From: Octopus sinensis
Taxonomy: Eukaryota
DNA length: 64,000 nucleotides
NCBI RefSeq assembly: GCF_006345805.1
Contig: NC_043000.1
Coordinates: 73,036,001-73,100,000 of the forward strand
Direction: 5' to 3'
Position numbers and translations under genes: made by a program. Of this stretch, positions 11,900 to 28,190 are shown one piece after another (positions within the stretch are counted from its first letter, which is position 1; every line of letters begins with the position of its first letter). Under the pieces are notes generated by a model that was not told where the DNA came from, did no database searches, and saw only the letters and a program-made list of their open reading frames with translations.

Positions 11900-14800
11900 G
11901 TTTTGTATTTCTGAACTTGCATTGTTTCCTTGTAACCATTGTATTCAATCTTTATAAAACTTTATAAGCGTTTTTGATTTCATCTTTTGCTTCATCAGCC
12001 AGGTTATAAGTTACACGCATGTTTATTGTATTATTTCATTATATAATTTTATCATTCTTATTTAAAATTATCCTTTAACTTTGATTTGGTTGATGTTTTA
12101 CATATACCCAAATATATTTTTTCACATCCTTGCATTTTTTGAAAACTGATTTTTTTCCATTTTATATCAATCAGTTTATATCTGTCTGCTTTTTTGTTTT
12201 TATCTCCTCCACACCCTACAAGTAGAATAATGCCTTTAGGTCTTTATCTTTATAATTTAAATATCTAATGCATGCATTCTAATCACTCCTGCTTTCCTCC
12301 TCTCCTTATATACATAAATATTATTTCTTTCTGCATACATATCTGATACATGCTGTCAATTATAACTACTAGTGTTTTTTTTTTAACTCAGATCCCATCT
12401 TCTTTAGATAGTGTCAACAGTAGTCAGCTACTGCAGAATATTTATTGTGTTTATCAGATTTAAAAGAGTGTACATGGGCTGAGTATCAAAGTTTAAGGTT
12501 GATGGTTGTTAAGGACCGTACATTTAGAAATGACACTGAATCTTCTAGTGTTGGCTTGCAATGGACAGTTAGAAAGTATTTTGAAGTTGCAGTTGGAACC
12601 ATTCAGTTTATGATCCTTTATATTATCTGTTATCTATGAACTCCTTCAATAACTTTGTCTATATGTTCCTACAATTCATGGTACAATTCATAGTAATGAC
12701 ACTCATCTTAAGAGAACCAGAAAGGCCTGTATGAGTCCTTTATTAACTTAAACCCATCACATTTGAAGATAGCATTAAAAAAGCTATAACATTGGATTTA
12801 AACTCTTCTTTATACTCCCCACACCATAAGCTATATGAATATCTAAATTATATCAATATTCACTCCAATCACCATAGATTTGTATTAAAAAGCATTGTTA
12901 ATAGTATTCCTATTAGAATATCTGATCTTTCTGCAACTGAAGATATCTTTAATAACCAACCCATCTATTATAATCAAGTGCTAACAGCCAGGAGTTTTTC
13001 TCACAAAATAAAATTTTTACCTAATGCTAAACTTAAGGATTACTTAGTGCAATTATATCCTAATTTTAAGTTCTCCAAGACCATGAATATAGACTACCCC
13101 ACTAAAGACAGGAATATCCATCCCAGTGTTCCAGCACATAAACTCTTCACTAAACTAGTCCACCTGCCTAATCCTAAGCCCGAGAGAACATATACAATAG
13201 ATCATCCTGTTGGATGAAAATATATCCCAGATATTCACCAGGAACTTTAGCCCTCACAATTACCAAAAAAATGCAGGAGCAGAAATATATTTTGGTATAT
13301 ACCCACCTTCTCTTTAAATGTTAAGGACTTACCTAAACAGTTCTTTGGCATTATTAAGTCCAAGTTCCCACCACAGCATAAGTACCACTCAGTTTTTAAT
13401 TTTTTCACTATCAAATTATCCTATTCAGCTACACTTAATATTGGCTCAATTATAGCTGCATCAAATAGATGTAAAATTGACAGATATAACTCAGGAACCA
13501 CAACAAATGAAAATGATGTCACTCCCATCAATTTCAAAGTATGAGTATTTGAAGGAAAGGATTTAAGAAAAAAGACAAAGGATTAAAAATAAAAGAAGCT
13601 GCATCTATTTGCGATGGATGTGTGAATGTAATTTGAGTCCAGAAATGGATTTTTCTATGAAGTCACAATGGGGACAATGGTGATTTTGATTTTGTCTGGA
13701 ATTGGATAAATGTGTCTGCTGATTGCAGGATATAATTTTGTTGTTTCTTCACTTCAAATTGTTTAGGTACATCATGACACATTTAACTTTACTCAGATCA
13801 TTCTAAGCCATAATCGTCCCTAGATGTTGAATTAAGCTGTAAGGATTTTAGTGCTTGTTTCCTTATACCTACAGATAGGTTTTCCTCTACCACAGACTCC
13901 CTCTACTTGTTGGCCATACTAAAGAATTTTCCAATTGCTTTTAATATTGAAGATATTACATTTCCTAAAATTTCAACATTTGATATCTTATCTTGCTATT
14001 TTATGTTGCTGATATTGTGCAGACACCATACATGAAAGGTCTTAAGTTTCTTTATATAACCAACTCTCAAGAGATCAGTACATTTACTCTCCTCTCCATC
14101 ACCAGAACTACTAATATGGCTAATCTTAATAATAATAGCATATATAATACTGACAACACCATGGAATGTAGCCCATATGGGAAGTATGAATGTGATCAAC
14201 CCAACTCAAAACATAACAGATTTCTTAGTAATAGCAATAATAGCACACATAAAAGGATCCTAAATTGAATGGGTCCAACTGCAACTTCAAAATATTTGCT
14301 AACTGTCCATTACAAGCCACCTGCAGAAGATTCAATGTCACTTATAAGTATAGTCCTTAATAAACAACAAAATTCTATCAAGATTTATACTGGAGTAACC
14401 ATCATCTTCAAATGTTGATAGTCAGCTTAACTACACTCTTTTAAGTCCAGTAAACAATAAATCTACCTCACTAGCTGACCACATATATAACCTTAAATAA
14501 AAAAGTATACCATATGATATAACTTGATCTATCCTCCATGCCAGGGTCAAAAAGCTCTATGTTGGTTATGCTTGAAATAATCTATATAAATACTATTGCA
14601 TAACCCAACACAATTATTAAACAAACAACGTAAAACTTTCTACTCTTGTATTCATAATTTTTTTTACAACCTTCAATTTTACCACAAATCTATATGTAAT
14701 AATAAAAATCCTCCAATGTAATTCTCATTTGCTCAAAGTAAATATATTGTACACACTTATTTAACTTCTTTAAACTAATTTATTTACTTTTTGTGTTAAC

Positions 14801-15700
14801 CTATTATACACCACTTTATAATTCATTTAGCGACTAGTTAATATATTTTCATTCCTAACCCAACTTATAACTGAGCTATTACCTATTTAAATTAAATTAA
14901 CATATTTACTGCATCTTATTTCATTGCTTTAATCTGTTATACATCACTTTATTTTAAACTCGTGACAATTTAATACATTCTTCATTTTCAATGAGTTTAC
15001 AATCTAAATATTACTTATTTATAGTTAGAACCATATGTAAGCTTGCTGGGTTTAACCTTCACACACTTTATTTCTCAATCCCATAGCTTCTTCTCCTGAT
15101 ATTTAGTGTAACCACTTGAATCACAATGCCAAACTATTATGGTCAGGTGATTTTCTGTATTTTGTCTGCAATTCTCAAACCCAACCCAAACACATTTGCC
15201 TCACTGGCTGTTGCCACTATAAGTATGTTGCCATTATAAATATGGAGTTCATTGTTCCTTACCACTGAACTGCCCTTCCCTACTCATTTAAGCATTCTCC
15301 ATATATATATATATATATATATATACTTCCTCTAATTCTATATGCCTGTCACTTGCTATGAAAGTTACTCTCTACCTTCAAACATTCATGACACCATCTT
15401 TCTACTGTCGTTTGTCTCACAGAAGCCTTCCACTCTTTCCTCAGTGATGAAACTGTTCACTACTAAAATCTTCTACTAAGAATCTGCCTCATTTTTTTGT
15501 ATCTGAAGATGCAATAGTCCACTACTGCATGGTATGAGTAGCTTATTTTCATTCTCAGAGAAATGCACCATATGTGCATCTATTCTGGAATCAGCTGTTA
15601 GAACTATCTACACACCTTACTCCCTTATTTATGATATACTCTATTCTGACAACTCTGTTGTAACAACTTAGCAATTATGTTTACATATATAAATTCCAAG
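11900..15700 (+). mobile_element. Degenerate Penelope-like element with upstream inverted 3' segment
   Basis: 12792-13480: YINIHSNH..IPIRISDLSATEDIFN and IFWYIPTFSLNV..TIKLSYS. GIY-YIG remnant at 14260-14680. 12400-12620 is a diverged reverse complement of 14260-14480. Degenerate hammerhead near 15500. Boundaries approximate. Confidence 0.75.
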
Positions 15701-16320
15701 CTCTAAACTGATACTAGTTGTTTGCCTGTTCATTCTTTCTCTCTTCTGTGTACCTGTTCAATGATAAACCACTTCTAACCATTCATTGCTAAGTAGCGAC
15801 AAAACCACTTTTTGTTTTAGTTGCAGTTTAAGTCAGAATTTTAGGAGATAAGTCAACCTGAGCACTTATTTCATATATATCTATTACATTATGTCATTAA
15901 ATGCAATTTTACCTAAACTATACATACATACATATATATATACATACATCATCATCAATATATATAGGAATCTAACTTTTGTATGACCTGCATGAAGAAT
16001 TTCTGGAAATTAGGGGTGGATGCACTTTTTGACATCAAAAATGCAACTAATAGAAAATTAGAATTATCTAAGACAAGATTTTACAAATTTTTCAAAAGGC
16101 ACAAACTTTCTATCAATATTGAAAAAGTTAATAACTTTTTAGATCTTAATTTCAATCTAATAACTGGTATGCATGAACCTTTCTGTAAATTAAAATCAAA
16201 TTTAAGCTATATTAATTTCCAAAGTGATCATCCAATATGAATTAAAAACATATTAGCCTCCAACATTAGAAAGAGACTTACATACTTATCATCTAATGAG
16301 GAAATATTTAATAAACATGC

Positions 16321-17979
16321 AGGATCTCCCAGGGGCAACCTGTCTTGAATTGTTATTGCCTGGAGGACTATGATGAATAAAAGGGGACTGAAGGCTGAAC
16401 CTTGGTGGACCCCTACTTCTACCCGGAATTCTTCACTATACTCATTAGTGAAGAATTCCGGGTAGAAGTAGGGGTCCACCAAGATTCAGCCTTCAGTCCC
16501 CTTTTATTCATCATAGTCCTCCAGGCAATAACAGAGGAATTTAAGACGGGTTGCCTCTGGGAGCTCCTCTATGCTGATGACCTGGCCCTCATAGCAGAAT
16601 CACTACCAGAACTAAAAAATAAATTTCGAGTGTGGAAGCTAGGTTTAGAATCAAAAGGCCTTAGAGTCAATATAGCAAAGACCAAAGTTCTAGTAAGTAG
16701 GAAGGCAAACACACCACACACACACTCAGGTAGGTGGCTCTGCACGATTTGTAGAAAGGTGTAGGTATAGACTCCATTAGATGTACCCAGTGTAAGCTAT
16801 GGACACATAAGAGGTGCAGCACCATCAAAGGATTATTAACTGAGAAGATAGCTTTCGTGTGCGGCAGATGCACAGGTGCAATAGACACCATTGATACTCA
16901 GGAAATAGATTCCATTACACTCCTGGGGGAGATACTAGAAGTAGTTGATAGTTTCCGCTATCTAGGTGACTAAGTTAGTAGTGGGGGTGGATGCTCCGAG
17001 AGTGTTACCACTAGAATAAGAATAGCCTGGGCAAAGTTTAGAAAGCTCCTACCCCTACTGGTGACAAAGGGACTCTCACTCAGAGTGAAAGGTAGATTGT
17101 ACAACGCATGTGTGCGAACTACCATGCTTCATGGTAGTGAAACATGGGCTGTGACTGTAGAGAACATGCGTAGGCTTGAAAGAAATGAAGCTAGCATGAT
17201 CCGCTGGATGTGTAATGTCAGTATGCATACACGACAGAGTGTAAGTGCCCTGAGAGAAATGCTGGAAATAAGCATTGGATGTGGTGTGCAAGAGAGACAT
17301 CTGCGCTGGTATGGTCATGTACTACGGATGGATAAGGAGAGATGTGTGAAGAAGTGCCACTCCCAAACAGTTGAAGGAACCCATGGTAGAGGTAGACCCA
17401 GGAAGACATGGGATGAGGTGGTCAGGCATGACCTTTGAACGTTGGGTCTTACAGAGGCAATGACGAAAGACCGAGGCCTCTGCAGATATGCTGCGACTGC
17501 GAAGACCCAACAAATAACATGAGTTCATGGCTGTTCCTGCCCCAGCTTCACATAGAAGCCCCAGCCCATCCAAAGTGCCTTGGATCGCAGGACGGCCTGC
17601 TGTGCTTGAGGAGACCTATTGGGTCAAGTAGATCAACATCAAAAAAGTCAAATGGAAATTGTAGTTGTGATACCTGTGCCGGTGGCACGTAAAAAGCACC
17701 ATCCGTAGATGGCCGATGCCAGCGCCGCCTTGACTAGCTTCCGTGCCAGTGGCACGTAAAAAGCAGCAACCAATTGTGGCTGTTGCCATCCTTCCGCTGG
17801 CACATAAAAAGTACCCACTACACTCACGGAGTGGTTGGCATTAGGAAAGGCATCCAGCCATAGAAACACTGCCAGATCAGACTGGAACCTGGTGCAGCCT
17901 CTTGACTTCCCAGACCCCGGTCAAACCGTCCAACCCATGCTAGCATGGAAAACGGACGTTAAACGATGATGATGATGAT
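16321..17979 (+). mobile_element. 5'-truncated RTE LINE with fold-back inversion at its 5' end
   Basis: GVHQDSAFSPLLF, LLYADD, RWYGHV, GRPRKTW motifs; 3' UTR repeats; (GAT)n tail. 16321-16438 is an inverted copy of 16446-16568. Confidence 0.93.
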
Positions 17980-18800
17980 TACTATAACGTAGCTTTAGCA
18001 AAAGCTGGATATATAGATAGAATAAAATATCATTGACCAAACAATATTAATAAATATGATAGAACTAATTACAAGTCAAAAAATAAAACTGATAAGTTTT
18101 ATAATCCCACTATAGCTAGAAATAGAAGTAAAAATAAACATAGAATTAGTAATCCACCTATTAATAAACTAGCAAGTGATAATGATAATAAACCCAAAAT
18201 TAATAAGAATTAACCTCACAATAGCAAACATAATACAGAAAAAAACTAATATTAAATTAATTTATAAACCTATGAGTAATAGCAAACAATCAATTAACAA
18301 TCATAATTATCCCTATAATGATAAAAGTCCAGTTAATAAATAAAATGATATGAATAAACAAATAAGTACCTCAAATACCAGCATCACTGCTAATCCACAT
18401 AATTCTCTGAATAATAATATTAAACCACACATTCTTTTCATTAGCTCTAATAAATCTAAAAGTGATTATAAAATATCTATAAATAATAATCATCCAGAAG
18501 AATCTAATAAGATTTGGTTAATTATCCCATATGCAATGCGAGTTAAAAATAACAGTGTTAAATCCATATTTAGGGCCATTCATAAACGTTTTTAACATAG
18601 GTAATAGATACAATGAAATTATAAACCACAAAACTGTCTGGATTGGTTATAGCTTAACTCCTAATTTATTTACAATTATATCATCAATTAACAACAGAAA
18701 ATTAAATAAATTCTACACCAATAGAAACATCTATGACAACAATTCTACTAATTCTCCTAAACCAAATCTCCCAAACTCCACCACCTTTAATAATAACAGT

Positions 18801-21465
18801 CATATGGAGGACAACTGGAGATTTCTACGGGACAATCTGCTGACAGCCACTGACCAGATCTGTGGATGGAGCAAAGTACCATCTCGACCCAGAGTAACAT
18901 GGTGGTGGAACAATGTGGTTGACAGGGCTATTAGACAAAAGAGACAGGCTTGGAAGGACTGGAAGAACGGTGGTAGCAGGGAAGTGTATCAGACAGCCAG
19001 AAGGGAAGCTAGGAGACAGGTTTATTTAGCCAGAGGGGAAGCGGATAAGAAAAAATTTGCCAATGTTCTGAGCCGTGAGGATGAAAGACTTGAGGTATTT
19101 CGTGTTGCAAGACAGTGTGTGAGAGAGAATCGTGATGTGGTAGGAGAGACGCGTGTTCGCATGGATGATGGTTCACTTGCACTAAATGAGGATGCAAAGA
19201 GAGAGGTTTGGAGATGCCACTATGAAAGGTTGCTGAATGAGGAAAATGAATGGGATAAAGAGAGTCTGCCGAATGTCAACCCAACAGAGGGACCAGCCAT
19301 CCGAGTTGAAAATTCTTTGATAGTTAAAGCAATTAGAAGCATGAAGACAGGGAAAGCCCCAGGCCCATCAGGAATTACTGCAGAGATGCTCAAAATATCT
19401 GGCAGTGTCGGCTATAACCTAGTCACCCGTATAGTCAACCAGGTGATACACGAAGGAGTCATACCCAATGACTGGTGTAGCAGCATACTAGTCAACTGCT
19501 ACAAAGGTAAAGGTGATGCCCTAGATACAAATAATTACAGAGGTATCAAGCTGTTGGATCAGGTAATGAAGGTTACGGAGAGGGTCATAGACCAACTAAT
19601 TAGAGAGAGAGTTAGTTTAGATGAGATGCAGTTTGGGTTCGTGCCAGGGAAAAGTACCACTGATGCTATATTCCTGGTAAGGCAGCTGCAGGAGAAATAC
19701 CTAGCCAAAGATAAGCCCCTGTACCTGGCTTTCGTTGACATGGAGAAAGCTTTTGATAGGGTCCCCCGATCCCTTATCTGGTGGTCAATGAGGAAACTAG
19801 GGATAGATGAATGGCTGGTGAGGGCTGTGCAAGCCATGTACAGAGATGCCGTAAGTAAGGTTAGGGTTGGCAACATGTACACAGAAGAATTCAAAGTAGA
19901 GGTTGGGGTCCACCAGGGTTCAGTACTCAGCCCCCTCCTACTTATCATAGTCCTCCAGGCAATTACGGAGGAATTCAAGACAGGTTGCCCCTGGGAGCTC
20001 CTCTATGCTGACGACCTTGCTCTAATTGCTGAGTCACTATAAGAACTGGAGGAGAAGTTCCAGGTGTGGGAGGAGGGTTTAGAATCGAGGGGCCTTAGAG
20101 TCAACCTAGCTAAAACCAGAGTACTAATAAGTAGGAAGGTAGACAATCCACAAATGTCTTCAGGAAGATGGCCCTGCTCGATCTGTAGAAAAGGTGTAGG
20201 TAGAAACTCTATAAGATGTACCAAATGTAAGCTATGGACACATAAGAGGTGCAGCAATGTCAAAGGTAGGCTAACTGGGAAGATAGTTTTTGTATGTGGC
20301 AGATGCTCGGGAGCATTAACCTCCGAAAATCTGCAGAAAACAACTTCCGTCACTTTCCAGGGGGAGAAACTAGAAGTAGTTGATAGCTTCCGTTATCTAG
20401 GTGACCAAGTCAGTAGTGGGGGTGGGTGCGCTGAAAGTGTAACTGCTAGAAAAAGAATAGCCTGGGCAAAGTTTAGGGAGCTCTTACCTCTGCTGGTGAC
20501 TAAAGGCCTCTCGCTCAGAGTAAAAGGCAGACTGTATGATGCATGTGTACGAACAGCCATGCTACATGGCAGTGAAACTTGGGCCGTGACTGCTGAGGAC
20601 ATGCATAAGCTCGTGAGGAATGAAGCCAGTATGCTCCGATGGATGTGTAATGTCAGTGTACATACTCGACAGAGCGTTAGTACCTTGAGAGAAATGTTGT
20701 ACCTAAGAAGCATCAGTTGTGGTGTGCAAGAGAGACGATTGCGCTGGTATGGTCATGTGGCAAGAATGGATGAAGATAGGTGTGTGAGAAAGTGCCAATC
20801 CCTAGCAGTTGAGGGAACCCGTGGAAGAGGTAGACCCAGGAAAACCTGGGACGAGGTGGTGAAGCACGACCTTCGAACTTTAGGCCTCACTGAGGAAATG
20901 ACCAGCGACCGAGACCTTTGGAAATATGCTGTACATGAGAAGACCAGGCAGGACAAGTGAGCCCAGCCCACTTATGCATGCCTTTCCTCCCTTGGACACA
21001 AAGACCTGTTGAGGCAAGTGAAGTCGATATAGAACCTCATCCGACGACAGGCACCCATGCCAACCCCCTTTGCTTGCGAAGACATGTTGGGGCAAGCGAA
21101 ATCGAAATCGAATTGAACCAGCCAGGATCCCTGGTCTGGTGGTACGTAAAAAGCACTATCCGACTCGTGGCCGATGCCAGCGCCGCCTCGACTGGCTTCC
21201 ATGCCGGTGGCACGTAAAATACACCAATCCGACCGTGGCCGTTGCCAGCCTCGCCTGGCACCTGTGCAGGTGACACGTAAAAAGCACCCACTACACTCAC
21301 GGAGTGGTTGGCGTTAGGAAGGGCATCCAGCTGTAGAAACATTGCCAGATAAGACTGGAGCCTGGTGCAGCCTTCTGGCTTCCCAGATCCCCGGTCGAAC
21401 CGTCCAACCCATGCTAGCATGGAGAACGGACGTTAAACGATGATGACGATGATGATGATGATGAT
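18801..21465 (+). mobile_element. 5'-truncated young RTE LINE
   Basis: Continuous RT frame (KAPGPSG, NYRGIKLL, QFGF, FVDMEKAFDRV, GVHQGSVLSP, YADD) broken only by TAA at 20040-20042; ends in a (GAT)n tail. Confidence 0.95.
18804..20960 (+). pseudogene. RTE reverse transcriptase with internal PHD-type Zn finger; one nonsense mutation, endonuclease missing
   Basis: ORFs 18531..20042 and 20064..20960 are in the same frame, separated by TAA where other copies have TCA. Confidence 0.9.
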
Positions 21466-22344
21466 ATAATTGCCAGTGATGGAAGGGAAATAACCCATAC
21501 TAAGTCCCTTAATATCAACATTTCAAATAAATACACACATAAAGATGTTTATGAAAATTGTGACTGCAAAGTTAGAACTAATTGTAGATTTAAGAATTCA
21601 TATAAGAGAAGAAGTGTAGTCAATTAATGCTCAGTTGAAGCTCTGAAAAAAATATATATTGATTCATCTGAAAAAGTAAAGACCCGCATGGCTAACCGTC
21701 TCCAAACTTTTTAAAATAAAGAAAAAATTAGCTCCACCGGGTTAAGCTAATTTATATGGGAATTGAAGGATAATAACATTGAATTTGAAATTAAAAAGGA
21801 TATTCTTGCTTCTGCAACAGCTTACAGAATTAATAACAAGAAATGCAACTTGTGCATAAAAGAAACATTTAAAATTCTTACTTCTACTAATGCCCTACTT
21901 AACTTACGAAAATATGTGTTCTCTAAATTTAAGTATTTAATAAAAATATAATTAAATCATAAAATAGATATAACTATCTATACTATAATGGAGAAAGCTG
22001 CTTATCAATTAGGTATGTAATTAGGTATGCTTATTAATTAGGTATGTAAAAGTACTAATGGAAAGTAATTATTAAAGAGTTAACCATCCAGAAATATTTT
22101 TTATAAATTCATGTTCTAAGAAATTTCCTATAATTTCGATTTCTCAAACTTATTGAGTTTTTTAACTCCAATTTCTCACAAATTTAAATATTCATTACAT
22201 TCATTGCATCTAATTCTTCACAAATTTAGATATTCATTGCATTCACTGCGGAGTATTCTATTTTCATTTTCAGTCTCTCATTTTCTTTTTTAATGTTTTC
22301 ATTTCAAGTTTTAATTCGCTATTTAGAAAACCGACAGTTTATTC

Positions 22345-23370
22345 TGTTAATGTATATACATATATATGTATGTGTGTGTGTACATGTGTATATGTAAACA
22401 TGTGTATGAATGTGTGTGTGTACATATATATATGTGTGTGGCTGTGCATTTATGTATATGCATAAATATACATATCTATGTGTATATATTTGCATATGCA
22501 TGTGCATGCACATGCAAGTGTGTGAGCATACATGTATGCTTATATGTGTATGTATGAGTAAATGTACATACATATGAGTACGTGGGCACATATGTGTGTA
22601 TACATGTATATATGTGTGTGTGTATATATATAAATATAATTGAAATGTGCCTATGTATTTATTTACTTATTTAAGCATCTATATACTTCAAAACTATTTT
22701 CTACTTACATATTTCTCTCCTCTTATGCACACATAAGTTGTACATAAAAACAAAACAAAATTGAATATAGCTCATAATACTAATTATTGGTACTTCTAAT
22801 ACCTTACATAATTAACTATACCCTTTGACATATGATTATAACCTATTTTAGATCATATGCACATAGTAATATATATATTTATTTTTCTTGTACATATGTA
22901 AATGTATATGTATATATACGCATGCAACTACATATGCGCACGTATTTGTGTGACTATGTATTCATGCATGTGTATGTTATATGCTGATGACTTTACATAC
23001 TTACCTTTTTCTTGTACTTACATGAATGTATGCATATACACACATTCGTAAATAATTATGAATATGTGTAGATAAGTTTTAAGTATGTGTGTGGATGTGT
23101 ATTTATGTACATGTGTGTGTATGCATAGATGTATACATATTTATCGTGTGTGAGCATGACTGTATATGTATGTATATATACGTGTGCACTTGCAGGTGCA
23201 TTTACATAAATGCATTTTTATATAAATGTGTCTGTATATGAGAAAATGCACATACATGAGTATGAGAGTGTGTATGTGTGCATATATATATGTATGTGTG
23301 AACGTGTGTGTATATATGAATACTGATATATATGTGTATGTATGGATGTACGTATATATATATATATTCC
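22345..23370. repeat. Degenerate (TG/TA)n low-complexity region
   Basis: Alternating purine-pyrimidine tracts; the ORFs here are compositional artefacts. Confidence 0.85.
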
Positions 23371-23467
23371 TTCTTCCCTCCTCCTTCTTCCCTGAGCGTC
23401 CAATAATACTTTATTTGTTCCACATCCTCGCGTTGTTGTCTTTTTGTTTTCATGTTTGGATTAACTT

Positions 23468-23502
<35 letters not shown>

Positions 23503-23639
23503 AAGTTAATCCAAACATCGATCTCTAAGATTTAACCCTTTTAGTTTATCTCTATTCTGTTTTATTGTCTAATTCAGCTTTACACCTCATATTAAATATA
23601 TAATTCTATAGTTCCTCTTACTTACCGATGTCTAAGATA

Positions 23640-28185
<4,546 letters not shown>

Positions 28186-28190
<5 letters not shown>

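Larger units (their letters stand above)
15960..21960 (+). mobile_element. Degenerate Penelope-like element interrupted by two RTE insertions
   Basis: NFLDLNFNLITGMHEPFCK..YINFQSDHP (15983-16240) continues as YYNVALAKAGY at 17980, IWLIIPYAM at ~18510 and the GIY-YIG end KKCNLCIKETFKIL at 21763-21951. Confidence 0.85.
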
